Shown here piece by piece: positions 28,923 through 38,485 of a stretch of DNA of 64,000 bases. Each line of letters begins with the position of its first letter. The stretch's first letter is position 1. Source of the stretch: a candidate division WOR-3 bacterium (GTDB lineage Bacteria > Hydrothermota > Hydrothermia > LBFQ01); NCBI GenBank assembly GCA_027003075.1, contig JALWYV010000042.1, positions 11,146 through 75,145 on the forward strand, in the 5' to 3' direction. The position numbers were made by a program, and so were the translations under genes. The notes under the pieces were generated by a model. It searched no databases, was not told the DNA's origin, and worked only from the letters and a program-made list of their open reading frames with translations.

Positions 28923-30793
28923 TGAGCGATCGCATACTCCGGGCCCTTATCATCTCCCTGACCGTAGCCCTTTCGGCCCTGTTCTTCCGCCCACCTTTCC
29001 GTTTTAAGCTCGGTCAGGTATCCCAGAGGACGATAATAGCCGACAGGGAGGTGATCGTTGAGAAGCCGAGGAAGGTTTACGTTCAGGACTCAATCCGTAT
29101 AGTCTCCGAAGTGCCACCGGTTTACAGACCCGTACCCTTCCTCTCCCACGTTGATAGGGTTTACGACTCCCTCGTTAAGGTCATAGATCCGAAGAGGGCG
29201 AGGGAACTCAGGGATAAGGCCATCGTGTACCTCCAGAAGGGTGTGATCTCACCGAAGCCCTCAGGCACCGTTATAGTGTACGAGAACGGGAACTTCCGCA
29301 TGATACCGGCCGACGTACTTAAGTCTCCCTCCGAAGTTTGCTTTGAGAACGATACCCTCTGCGCCTTCATAACCCCCACTCTCGTCCCCGACTCTTCACT
29401 CTGGAAGGCCTACACGAGGCGTGTACTTGAGGAGAGGTTGAGCAGGGTGGACTACGTCATAAACCCCGGTGAGATAATAATCTCCAAAGGGGAGATAATA
29501 GACTCCACGGCGTACCGGATCCTCAAAGCCTACGAGAAGGTTACGGTGGGTCCACGGCGAATAGCCTACGTAGCCCTTTCCCTCATGATGGCCCTCGTCC
29601 TGCTCGTGATCTTCTACAGCCGCAAGTGGGACGTTCCGTCCGGTGCGTCCGTCTTCGTATTCTCCATGGGCCACGTTCTGGAGCTAGCTCTGCACTACTT
29701 CTTTGACCTGCCCCCCTTCGTAACCCTGATGCCCTTCGTGGCCCTATCCGTCGGGGTTCTGGATACGTCTACCATGGCCATAGGCCTTACCCTCATAACC
29801 TCCGTTATACGGGGAGTGTCCTACGACTTCTCCCTCCTCCTGCCTCTGTACATCGGATCCATGGCGGCCGCATCCGCCTTCAGCGTGAAGTTCTTCAAGC
29901 GGAGGGCCCACTACTTCTTTATCGCCCTGATAGTTACCCTCTTCGGAATGGCTTCGCTCCTGGTCTCCGCGCCGTTTATCAACATGACGAAGGAGGATCT
30001 ACTTATGGCTTCGGCCATTACCTTCGGCGTCTCCATCGTATCCGTTGGCCTGTACGCCGTCCTCATCCCCATGATAGAGGCCCTATTCCGTAAGACCACC
30101 GAACTCTCCTACATAGAGCTGGCCTCCCTCAACCACCCCCTCCTGAAGGAGCTCTCCGAAAAGGCCCCCGGCACCTTTGCCCACTCCATCATAGTCGGGA
30201 ACATGGCCGAAGCCGGGGCCCGTGCCGTGGGTGCAAACGAGACCATCGCCAAATTGGGCGGATATTACCACGACATCGGCAAGATCTACAACCCTGAGTA
30301 CTTCATAGAGAACCAGACGGGCGGAGAGAACCCCCACGACAAACTGGACCCCGTGAAGAGCGCCCGGATCATCATCTCCCACGTTAAGAAGGGGGTTGAG
30401 CTGGCCAAAAAGTACCGTCTGCCTCAGGAAATAATAGACATCATCCAGACCCACCACGGGGATACCCTCCTGTGGCCGTTTTACAAGAAGGCGAAGGATC
30501 TGGGCCTTCCCGTCAAGGAGGAACAGTTCAGATACCCCGGCCCCCGTCCCCGTACTCCGGAGGAGGCGATCGTTATGCTCGCGGACTCGTCGGAGGCCGC
30601 ATCGCGCAGTGCCGAAACCGAGGAGGAGATCAAGAAAATTGTGGACTCCGTCTTTGAGCAGAGGATAAAGGAGGGTCAGCTGGACCTCGTACCCCTCTCC
30701 CGCAGGGACCTTGAGAGGATAAAGGACGCCTTCGTACCCATAATGATGACCTTCAGGCACCAGAGGCCGAAGTACCCGTCACCCGACGAGTAG
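28922..30793 (+). CDS. 7TM-HD membrane phosphohydrolase (PgpH/YqfF-like)
   Basis: Extracellular N-terminal domain, seven TM segments, HD domain (HSIIVGNMAE, YHDIGK, THHG). Lies in the usual phoH-downstream position. Confidence 0.85.
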   Translation: MSDRILRALIISLTVALSALFFRPPFRFKLGQVSQRTIIADREVIVEKPRKVYVQDSIRIVSEVPPVYRPVPFLSHVDRVYDSLVKVIDPKRARELRDKAIVYLQKGVISPKPSGTVIVYENGNFRMIPADVLKSPSEVCFENDTLCAFITPTLVPDSSLWKAYTRRVLEERLSRVDYVINPGEIIISKGEIIDSTAYRILKAYEKVTVGPRRIAYVALSLMMALVLLVIFYSRKWDVPSGASVFVFSMGHVLELALHYFFDLPPFVTLMPFVALSVGVLDTSTMAIGLTLITSVIRGVSYDFSLLLPLYIGSMAAASAFSVKFFKRRAHYFFIALIVTLFGMASLLVSAPFINMTKEDLLMASAITFGVSIVSVGLYAVLIPMIEALFRKTTELSYIELASLNHPLLKELSEKAPGTFAHSIIVGNMAEAGARAVGANETIAKLGGYYHDIGKIYNPEYFIENQTGGENPHDKLDPVKSARIIISHVKKGVELAKKYRLPQEIIDIIQTHHGDTLLWPFYKKAKDLGLPVKEEQFRYPGPRPRTPEEAIVMLADSSEAASRSAETEEEIKKIVDSVFEQRIKEGQLDLVPLSRRDLERIKDAFVPIMMTFRHQRPKYPSPDE

Positions 30794-31627
30794 GTTGAAG
30801 CACTCCTCTATAACCGGTCTTATGGGGGAAAACTGGAACTCCTGAACCTCCCTCTGCTCGCTCCTCAGTATCAGGGAATGGGTCAGTGCCATGGCCGTGT
30901 CGGTGTCGTACCCGCTCACGTCAACCCTCCTTATCGGCATGCCCGATATATCCGAGAGCATGGACACGAACTCCCCCCTCGTCATAACCGTTGATGCGAG
31001 GTTGAAGGTCCGGCCGAAAACTTCCCTGTCCGCGATGGATATTACGAAGTCAGCTACGTCTTCGGCGTTTACGAGACTCATGTACGCCCCATCGTACCCG
31101 TAGAGGGGAACGAACCCCCTCCTTACCATCACGTCCAGGTAGAACCTCCTGAGCCACGATCCGCATCCCACGACCCATCCGGGACGGACTATACTTACCC
31201 TCCTTCCCTCCTCCATGGCCCGGAGTACCGGTCTCTCCTGCAGGAAGTAGTGCCTCTGAAAGGATATGGGCCGGAGCGGGGAACTTTCCACGGCCTCCCC
31301 CTCGCCGTACACGAGGCTTCCGGACAGGAACACCGTATTTCTGGGGTCGCACCTCATGAGCCTGTGGTTCGCCCACATACCGATCAGGGAGACCAGAAGC
31401 CTTTTAATGGGTGTGGACCCGGCCAGTCGGGCGGCGTGTATAACCGTGCCGGCGCTTCTGACGGCAGGGCAGGGGACCCTCCAGAGGGGCGCCCTCACCT
31501 TGTGCGGGTATCGGACTTCCCGCCTGTGTTCCAGAATTAGAAGGGATCTCTTCAGGGAAACGAGCCGTTTTAAGATGGCACCTCCTACGAAACCGGAAGC
31601 GCCGAGAAGAAAGAACTCATAATCCAT
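30779..31627 (-). CDS. NAD(P)-binding Rossmann protein, atypical SDR/epimerase-like
   Basis: LLGASGFVGGAILKRL glycine-rich motif. I did not see a clear YxxxK catalytic motif. Confidence 0.5.
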   Translation of the reverse strand: MDYEFFLLGASGFVGGAILKRLVSLKRSLLILEHRREVRYPHKVRAPLWRVPCPAVRSAGTVIHAARLAGSTPIKRLLVSLIGMWANHRLMRCDPRNTVFLSGSLVYGEGEAVESSPLRPISFQRHYFLQERPVLRAMEEGRRVSIVRPGWVVGCGSWLRRFYLDVMVRRGFVPLYGYDGAYMSLVNAEDVADFVISIADREVFGRTFNLASTVMTRGEFVSMLSDISGMPIRRVDVSGYDTDTAMALTHSLILRSEQREVQEFQFSPIRPVIEECFNLLVG

Positions 31628-32453
31628 ACTCCCTCAACCTCCTCTCGTACTCCTCCTGTATCCTCAGGCCGTGACCGGAGACGTGGGCCTTGAATATCTC
31701 ATCCCCAACCACCACCTCGTCCATTCTGTGGCCTCTACGAAGGAACCTCCTCAGCTGTAGAGTCCTTAAGTACGATTCGGGCAACAGGCGGGCCAGGATC
31801 TCCAGAAAACGTTTCAGTATCGCGAAGGGCTTCACTTCCACCGCTGACCTTCGGGGTGAGAAGTTGGGAAACCTCCCGTAAACCCAACGGTTCTGCTCCA
31901 GTATATTCTCGTAAACTCCCTTGCCGTATACAGGGAGCATCTGGACGAACTCCCTCGCCTGATAGTAGTTCTCAGGCTCAAACCGGAAGTTTCCCTCTCC
32001 CACGAAGAAGTTGGGACAGAGACCGGGAAACACCTTAACTAAGAGCATGACGAAGAGGCGTGCCGTGTAAAGTCTGCCCCTACCGGTTATTATTAACAGG
32101 TCAAGGTCGTCCCTATCGTTAGCGTTTCCCGTGGCCACGCTACCGGTTACGAATATCCCCCGCACGAAGGGAAGGGAGGCGATCAGGCGGAGGGCAGGGC
32201 GGTTTTCCTTAAGTATACGCCGGGCGGTTTCGGCCCCTTCCCGACTCCTTTTCAGGCACTCCTTACGGAGGGCGTATCGGGTACCGTCGGTGAAAACGTC
32301 CATCCGTTTAAGGGCCCTCTTAACGGTATCCGGATCAACCTTTATCGGCAGGAACGTGCGGACCTCCTCCGGTGTAAGGGCGTGGTCAAATATGTCGGCG
32401 TAGAGGAGTACCCTCAGTATCTCACGCTTCAGGTCGCATGACGTATAACGCAT
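31617..32453 (-). CDS. nucleotidyltransferase-fold (Pol-beta superfamily) protein
   Basis: Minimal NTase motif: GSVATGNANDRDDLDLLIIT. N-terminal winged-helix-like region. Confidence 0.5.
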   Translation of the reverse strand: MRYTSCDLKREILRVLLYADIFDHALTPEEVRTFLPIKVDPDTVKRALKRMDVFTDGTRYALRKECLKRSREGAETARRILKENRPALRLIASLPFVRGIFVTGSVATGNANDRDDLDLLIITGRGRLYTARLFVMLLVKVFPGLCPNFFVGEGNFRFEPENYYQAREFVQMLPVYGKGVYENILEQNRWVYGRFPNFSPRRSAVEVKPFAILKRFLEILARLLPESYLRTLQLRRFLRRGHRMDEVVVGDEIFKAHVSGHGLRIQEEYERRLREYGL

Positions 32454-33201
32454 ACTCCCCCACGTACTTCAAGGGTGTAAGGTTCAATACCCCATCTATT
32501 CGCCAGAATATTCGGGAGAGGGCAGGGGGGTACCTGTGATGTCTGTACCATGCCGGGTAGAGTATGCTGTACCCCCTGAAGTACTCTACCCTCCACCCCT
32601 CCATAGACCGGAGGATGTCGGAGTAGGACAGGGGCCTGCTGTCCAGAAACTTGCTGGGGGAGTACCCTCCCCACCTGCCGAGGCGGGCGAAGGCCCTCTT
32701 CGGTCTGAGGGTAAACAGATAGAAGAGCATGTCAAACAGGTAGGGCTTGTTTACGCAGGAGAACACGAGGAGGGTGTTCCTATGGGATACCCTGAGGAGG
32801 GCTTCCGAAAGTCTCCTTAGATCCTTAACCGTGTTAAAGGCGCCGAAGTAGGAGTATACGAGGTCAAACTTCTCCCGTATGTCCAGTTCCTCAACGCTCC
32901 CGTGCAGGTATACGAAGCGATCCTCACCCAGACGGTTCCGGGCCACATCTATCATGGCTCTGGAGACTTCCACGCCCCATATCTCCGCATCCGGAAAGAC
33001 CGAGGCGAAGAACTCCATGTCAAGGCCGGGACCGAACCCTATCTCAAGTATTCTCTTCGGCCTGTCCCTCAGGTGTCTGAGGGTCTGACGCCGGAAATCC
33101 TCCCGGAGGGTCTGCAGGACGTAGTTTTTCTCGTACCTCCTTAAAAAGTCCCTCGCATCCTCGTCGTAGTACCTTCCTACCTCCTCGTAGTACGGGTCCA
33201 T
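32422..33201 (-). CDS. class I SAM-dependent methyltransferase
   Basis: Motif I (ILEIGFGPGLD) and post-I acidic residue (WGVEVS). Confidence 0.75.
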   Translation of the reverse strand: MDPYYEEVGRYYDEDARDFLRRYEKNYVLQTLREDFRRQTLRHLRDRPKRILEIGFGPGLDMEFFASVFPDAEIWGVEVSRAMIDVARNRLGEDRFVYLHGSVEELDIREKFDLVYSYFGAFNTVKDLRRLSEALLRVSHRNTLLVFSCVNKPYLFDMLFYLFTLRPKRAFARLGRWGGYSPSKFLDSRPLSYSDILRSMEGWRVEYFRGYSILYPAWYRHHRYPPALSRIFWRIDGVLNLTPLKYVGEYALYVMRPEA

Positions 33202-33222
33202 AAACGGAATTGTAAGGCCGAC

Positions 33223-33705
33223 TCAATAGCCCTTCAAGATCCTGCGGCCAAGGAGATAGAAGAACACAACGATAAGCAGGAGTACACCCATCCACTTCAA
33301 GGTTCCGGCGATGGAGGCTATAGATGCCCACGGTCTTAGATTCGGGAAAGTGAGCGCAGAAACCGAAAGCACCACGTTTTCCAGAATATCAAATGTTGCG
33401 ACCACGAAAGGCAGGATCCTGAATTTAAGACCTGCCCCCAGAAGTGAGAATACGCATACGTAGGTAAAAGCGTATACCACGGCGTAAGGGGTGTCCACCA
33501 ACAAATGGCCCACGACGAACGCCCTCCTTCCCCTTTCCCCCATAATGGACAGCGCCCGTCTTACGTCGTCCACGGTGAAGTGGAACATTACGTCAAGGGG
33601 AAGGTTTCCTGACCCTCCGTAAATACCCGAAAATCGCGGGAATATAACGAAGTTGACCAGAAGGATCAGTGCAATTCCTCCTATAACCACGTACTTGCAC
33701 CGCAT
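33223..33705 (-). CDS. small polytopic membrane protein, unknown function
   Basis: Four to five hydrophobic segments. Shares one base (33705, last base of the upstream TAA stop and first base of its own ATG) with the glycosyltransferase gene. Confidence 0.5.
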   Translation of the reverse strand: MRCKYVVIGGIALILLVNFVIFPRFSGIYGGSGNLPLDVMFHFTVDDVRRALSIMGERGRRAFVVGHLLVDTPYAVVYAFTYVCVFSLLGAGLKFRILPFVVATFDILENVVLSVSALTFPNLRPWASIASIAGTLKWMGVLLLIVVFFYLLGRRILKGY

Positions 33706-34796
33706 TAAACCACCTCACCGATGACCTTCAGGGTTTCCACGGCCGCCCTGTCCCACGTGAAGCCTTCGGCGAACTTCCGGGCGTTCTCCGACAGTCTCTT
33801 TCTCAAATTCTCATCCTTCAGTATCCGCAGGACCCTCTCCGCCGCTCCCTTAACGTTCCCGTACTCCACCAAGAAGCCGGTGTACCCGTCTTTAACGGAA
33901 TCCTTCATACCGTGTACCCTGAAACCCACGACCGGTGTCCCGCTGGCGAACGCCTCCATGTTGACCAGTCCCCACCCTTCCCTTGAGGAGGTGTTCAGCA
34001 CTACCCACGACTTCGCCATTACCTCGGCTTTGACATCCTCCGGCACGAAGCCCAGAAAGTCCACGTCCACACCGAGCCGGGATGCCATCCGCTTTACGGG
34101 CTCAAGGTAAGGCCCTTTACCCGCCATCAGGAACCTCGCCTGCGGCATGGACCTCTTAACCTCCGCGAAGATACGGACGGCGAGATCCGGCCTCTTGTAC
34201 TTCCTGAAGCGGTTGAGGTAGAGTACCGTGGGCTGAACGTACCTGGGCATCGGCCTGAAGAAGTCAACGTCTATCCCGTTGTAAACTATCCTGACGTTCT
34301 CATCCGGTATTCCTCCCCTTACCAGATCCTCCTTTGTACTCTCCGAGACCACTATGAACGGCCAGTCCCTGTAGAGCCTCGGTATGAGTTTCTCCTGGAG
34401 GTAAACGTACGTGGCAGCGATCGGATTGGTCTCCTCGTAGATAGTTCTGTCAAACAGATGGTGAAGGATGGCGAGTTTTTTCGGAGTGCGACTGTAGAAC
34501 ATGGTGTAAAACGGCAGCTTGTTCAGGTCCTCAATCAGAAGGTCAAAGGAGAACTTTTTCTCCAGTTCCCGCACCTTCCCCGGAACGAAGAAGTTGAATA
34601 CCGGTCTGCTTCCCGTCCTGTGGATGTGAACACCCTCCAGAACCTCGTACCCTCTGGCCCCCTTGAAGGAGCAGGAAAGGACGTGAACCTCCACACCCCT
34701 CGCGGCAATACGACTGAAGACTTCCTTCAAATGCACCTCCGCCCCACCCGCCATGGGATGTTTCCAGTCCTGCCAGTTTATTACGAGTATCCGCAA
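33705..34796 (-). CDS. GT4-family (GT-B) glycosyltransferase
   Basis: EX7E-type motif (SSREGWGLVNMEAFASGTPVV). TTG start 6 nt downstream of TACAAT (plus coords 34803-34808). Confidence 0.85.
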   Translation of the reverse strand: MRILVINWQDWKHPMAGGAEVHLKEVFSRIAARGVEVHVLSCSFKGARGYEVLEGVHIHRTGSRPVFNFFVPGKVRELEKKFSFDLLIEDLNKLPFYTMFYSRTPKKLAILHHLFDRTIYEETNPIAATYVYLQEKLIPRLYRDWPFIVVSESTKEDLVRGGIPDENVRIVYNGIDVDFFRPMPRYVQPTVLYLNRFRKYKRPDLAVRIFAEVKRSMPQARFLMAGKGPYLEPVKRMASRLGVDVDFLGFVPEDVKAEVMAKSWVVLNTSSREGWGLVNMEAFASGTPVVGFRVHGMKDSVKDGYTGFLVEYGNVKGAAERVLRILKDENLRKRLSENARKFAEGFTWDRAAVETLKVIGEVV

Positions 34797-34911
34797 GTGC
34801 AGATTGTACGGATGCGTTGAGTCCGTGCCTCCTCAACGAAAACGGTGCAGGGGGACAGGGTTGAGAATTTACTTCGGCAGTTTTTTATACTTCCGTCCCC
34901 CGTTTCCCCAG

Positions 34912-34917
34912 TATAAT
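34912..34917 (+). promoter_or_regulatory. -10 box (TATAAT) of a leaderless nuoD transcript
   Basis: TATAAT, an 8-nt spacer (agccgtcc), then ATG 34926. No SD. Confidence 0.55.
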
Positions 34918-34925
34918 AGCCGTCC

Positions 34926-36116
34926 ATGGCAACGGCTGGAGTAAAAACGAACACTTTCGTACTGAATATGGGACCACAACACCCCGCCACCCACGGGGTC
35001 TTAAGGGTTGAGATGGAGCTGGATGGGGAGACGGTAGTACAGGCCAGATGCCGTATCGGATACCTCCATCGCGGTACGGAGAAGACGGCCGAGTATAAGA
35101 GTTACCTTCAGATAATCCCCTATACCGATCGTCTTGACTACCTCGCGCCCCTCTATTACAACTGGGCCTACGTTCTGGCTGTGGAACGTCTCCTCGGCAT
35201 AGACAAGGAGATACCCGAGAGGGCGGAGTACCTGAGGGTAATCCTCGGGGAACTTTCCCGTATAGCCAGCCACCTCGTATGGTTCGGCACCCACGTAATG
35301 GACGTCGGTGCATGGACCCCGTTCCTGCACGCCTTCCGTGAGAGGGAGAAGATCTACGACCTCCTTGAGGAGCTCACCGGCCAGAGGATGAACAACTCCT
35401 TCTTCCGCATAGGGGGGCTCGCCGCAGACACCCCCGAGGGGTGGCTTGATAAGGTCTCTGCCTTCCTTGACGAGTTTGAGAAGGCTTTCGTTGAGATAGA
35501 TAGGCTCATAACCAAAAACCCCATCCTTATCGCCCGTCTCAGGGACGTGGGCGTACTCTCTCCCGAAGACGCCCTTAACCTCGGGGCCACCGGTCCCATG
35601 CTCAGAGGGTCCGGAATAAAGAGGGACATCCGTAAGGATGAACCTTACTCCATATACGACAGGTTTGAGTTTGAGATCCCCATAGGTGAGAAGGGGGATT
35701 CCTACGACAGGTACCTCGTCCGCATGGAGGAGATACGCCAGTCGGTGAGGATACTCCGTCAGGCCCTGAAGGACATACCGGATGGGGACGTCCTCCACAA
35801 CGATTACAAGTTCGTTCCCCCGCCCAAAGCCCGGATATACGGCTCCATAGAGGAGATGATCCACCACTTCAAACTGGTAACTGAGGGGGTAAAGGTGCCT
35901 CCGGGTGAGGTTTACTATCCGGTTGAGGCCCCGAAAGGGGAGCTCGGCTTCTATATCGTATCCGATGGCACCGCCCGTCCATGGCGTATGGGTATAAGGG
36001 CGCCCTCCTTTACCAACCTTCAGACCCTTGAGCATATGGCTCCCGGCCTTCTGGTGGCCGATATAATCGTCCTCATCGGAACCATAGATATAGTTCTGGG
36101 GGACGTGGACAGATAA
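34926..36116 (+). CDS. nuoD: NADH-quinone oxidoreductase subunit D
   Basis: NMGPQHPATHGVLR, IGYLHRGTEK and C-terminal GTIDIVLGDVDR. The NiFe cysteine motifs are absent, as expected for NuoD rather than a hydrogenase large subunit. Confidence 0.9.
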   Translation: MATAGVKTNTFVLNMGPQHPATHGVLRVEMELDGETVVQARCRIGYLHRGTEKTAEYKSYLQIIPYTDRLDYLAPLYYNWAYVLAVERLLGIDKEIPERAEYLRVILGELSRIASHLVWFGTHVMDVGAWTPFLHAFREREKIYDLLEELTGQRMNNSFFRIGGLAADTPEGWLDKVSAFLDEFEKAFVEIDRLITKNPILIARLRDVGVLSPEDALNLGATGPMLRGSGIKRDIRKDEPYSIYDRFEFEIPIGEKGDSYDRYLVRMEEIRQSVRILRQALKDIPDGDVLHNDYKFVPPPKARIYGSIEEMIHHFKLVTEGVKVPPGEVYYPVEAPKGELGFYIVSDGTARPWRMGIRAPSFTNLQTLEHMAPGLLVADIIVLIGTIDIVLGDVDR

Positions 36117-36168
36117 AGTTACCAATCGGGAGTCAACGTTACTCCTTCCCTGCCGTAGAATACCTTTG

Positions 36169-37704
36169 ATGTTAGGTATTTTATTTGCCCAGTTTGCACC
36201 GTTTGATTACGCCGTGGGAACGTGGTTCATGAGGAACGGGGCCCTATCACACTCCGGAGTGCAGGCTTTGAGTGGTGCGGTTACCGGTCCAGATCTGAAA
36301 TGCTCGTACAGCGGCCTGACCGGTGAGGGAGATCCTCTGATCGCCGACGTGAACGGTGATGGCCTGAACGAGATCGTATTTTCCTCCTACAGCCCCCATA
36401 CGGTATGGGTATTCAGGGGTTCCGACTGTACTCTCCTGTGGAACCGTTCCATATCGTCCACTTCGTGGGGAACGGCGGCCGTCGGGGATATGGATCCCGG
36501 GGTTCCGGGTCTGGAGATCGTCGCCACCGATTGGGACGCCAACGTCTACGCCTTAAGAGGGACGGATGGCACCCTCCTGTGGAGCCGCACGGTCGGATCC
36601 TCGTACCTTCAGAGTTCCGTCGCCATATACGACGTCAACGGCGACGGCTACGGTGAGGTCTTTGTCCACGCCACGGACGGGATCTACGCCCTCAGGGCGA
36701 CGGACGGTTCCACCATATGGTACTACTCCACGGGTGGTAGGTACAACTCCCCCGCAGTTTACGACGTTGATATGGACTCGGAATACGAGGTCGTGTCGGC
36801 ATCTTCATCGGGAACCCTGCTCGTCCTGAACGCCGCTACCGGTTCCCTTGAGTACTCCGTATCTCTGGGTGGTTCCACCGAAGGTGGTCCCTCCATATCG
36901 GATATAGACGGAGACGGAGATCCGGACATAGTTATCGGTACGGCTGGAGGGCGGGTCGTGGCCGTAGACGGGCCCACAGGTACCGTCATCTGGAACGTGA
37001 GCGTGGGAGATAACAACAGAGGAACACCCTCAATATACGACATAAACGCCGACGGTATAAAGGAGGTCGTAATAGGTGCGACGAACGGGAACAGGATCTA
37101 CGCCCTGAGGGGAACTGACGGGTCCGTAGTGTGGTCGTACAGTCAAACGTACAGCTATGAGCAGGCCATGGCCAGAAAGATCGGGGACGTTGACGGGGAT
37201 ACTGCTCTGGAACTGGTTATAACGAGTTACGGGAGCAGGGTGGGTTCCGGGCCCATGTTCCTGGTGTTAGACGCCGCCACCGCCACGGTGGAGTGGACCT
37301 TCAACGTTTCCGGAGATGGTACCGAAGGAGCCTCTATCGGGGATGTGGACAACGATGAATGTATGGAGATAGTGGTCGTTCCGGACTGGACCTCGGGCGG
37401 CGGGTTGAGGGTATTTGACTCCCCCGCACCTGTCAGCGGGTGCAACGTGATCGGATACGACGACCCCACCGGATCCCGGGAGAACGTATCCGTCCAACCT
37501 GTACATTTGACGGTAATGCGTGCCGGTAGGCATCTGACGGTTGAGACGGGCAGGGATGTTACGGTATCCGTTTACTCCGCTTCGGGAAGGCTGGTGAAGA
37601 GGCTCCGCACGTCCGGGGGTACGGCCGGGGTGTACCTGCCCAGGGGGGTGTACATCCTTAAGGTTGACGGGTTTAACCTTATCAGGACGGTTATTTTGAA
37701 GTAG
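36169..37704 (+). CDS. secreted FG-GAP/VCBS-type beta-propeller repeat protein with T9SS-type C-terminal domain
   Basis: Repeated D-x-N/D-G-D-G motifs (DVNGDGLNEIV, DVNGDGYGEVF, DIDGDGDPDIV, DINADGIKEVV, DVDGDTALELV) alternate with YALRGTDG-type strands. The tail is ...VSVYSASGRLVKRLRTSGGTAGVYLPRGVYILKVDGFNLIRTVILK. ATG 36169 is preferred over TTG 36166 because TAGAAT at 36156-36161 lies 7 nt upstream. Confidence 0.7.
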   Translation: MLGILFAQFAPFDYAVGTWFMRNGALSHSGVQALSGAVTGPDLKCSYSGLTGEGDPLIADVNGDGLNEIVFSSYSPHTVWVFRGSDCTLLWNRSISSTSWGTAAVGDMDPGVPGLEIVATDWDANVYALRGTDGTLLWSRTVGSSYLQSSVAIYDVNGDGYGEVFVHATDGIYALRATDGSTIWYYSTGGRYNSPAVYDVDMDSEYEVVSASSSGTLLVLNAATGSLEYSVSLGGSTEGGPSISDIDGDGDPDIVIGTAGGRVVAVDGPTGTVIWNVSVGDNNRGTPSIYDINADGIKEVVIGATNGNRIYALRGTDGSVVWSYSQTYSYEQAMARKIGDVDGDTALELVITSYGSRVGSGPMFLVLDAATATVEWTFNVSGDGTEGASIGDVDNDECMEIVVVPDWTSGGGLRVFDSPAPVSGCNVIGYDDPTGSRENVSVQPVHLTVMRAGRHLTVETGRDVTVSVYSASGRLVKRLRTSGGTAGVYLPRGVYILKVDGFNLIRTVILK

Positions 37705-38485
37705 GGGCTTTGAGTATAACGCCCCTGCGGGTCGTTTTAAAGAACTCGTGGAGGTGGTTTATGTGGGGATCGTCCGGGTACCTTTGAAGGAGGAGGTTAA
37801 GGGCGTCCTCCACGGGCATGCCCGATCGGTAAATGGTCTCGTAGGCATCCTTGAGGGCGGCTATCTCCTCTTTACTGAAGCCGGCCCGCCTTAGCCCTAC
37901 AAGATTTAGGCCAACCACCACGGGGTCGTAACCCACCGTCATAAAGTAGGGAGGGGCATCCCTGCTAAGGCGGGTCATACCTCCCACCATGGCGAACTCA
38001 CCCACCCTTGCCCACTGATGTATGCCGAGTACACCGGAAACGAACGCCCTCCTTTCAACTATAACGTGGCCGGCGAGCTGGGCGGTGTTGGCGATTATTA
38101 CACCGTCCCCAACGGCGCAATTGTGGGCGATATGAACGTAGGCCATGAGGAAGGTCCCGTTCCCTATGATCGTTTTCTTTCCTTCCCCCGTGGCCCTGTG
38201 GATGGTGACGAACTCCCTTATTACGTTGTTGTCCCCTATGATAACTTCGGTCTCCTCACCGGAGTACCCGATATCCTGCGGGGGTTGGCCTATGGAGACC
38301 GAATGGTGGATGCGGTTGTTTTTCCCTATACGCACCCGGCCGTCAATCCGTACGTAGGCTTCTATCTCGGTTCCGTCCCCTATAACCACGTCTCCGGTTA
38401 TGTACGAGTACGGCCCTATCTTTACGTTCTCGCCGAGGGTTACGTTCCCCTCAAGGATGGCGGTGGGATGAACCTCCGTACTCAC
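37691..38485 (-). CDS. lpxA: acyl-ACP--UDP-N-acetylglucosamine O-acyltransferase
   Basis: Left-handed beta-helix hexapeptide repeats over the N-terminal two-thirds plus the LpxA-type helical C-terminus. MSTEVHPTAILEG start. Confidence 0.9.
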   Translation of the reverse strand: MSTEVHPTAILEGNVTLGENVKIGPYSYITGDVVIGDGTEIEAYVRIDGRVRIGKNNRIHHSVSIGQPPQDIGYSGEETEVIIGDNNVIREFVTIHRATGEGKKTIIGNGTFLMAYVHIAHNCAVGDGVIIANTAQLAGHVIVERRAFVSGVLGIHQWARVGEFAMVGGMTRLSRDAPPYFMTVGYDPVVVGLNLVGLRRAGFSKEEIAALKDAYETIYRSGMPVEDALNLLLQRYPDDPHINHLHEFFKTTRRGVILKAPTSK

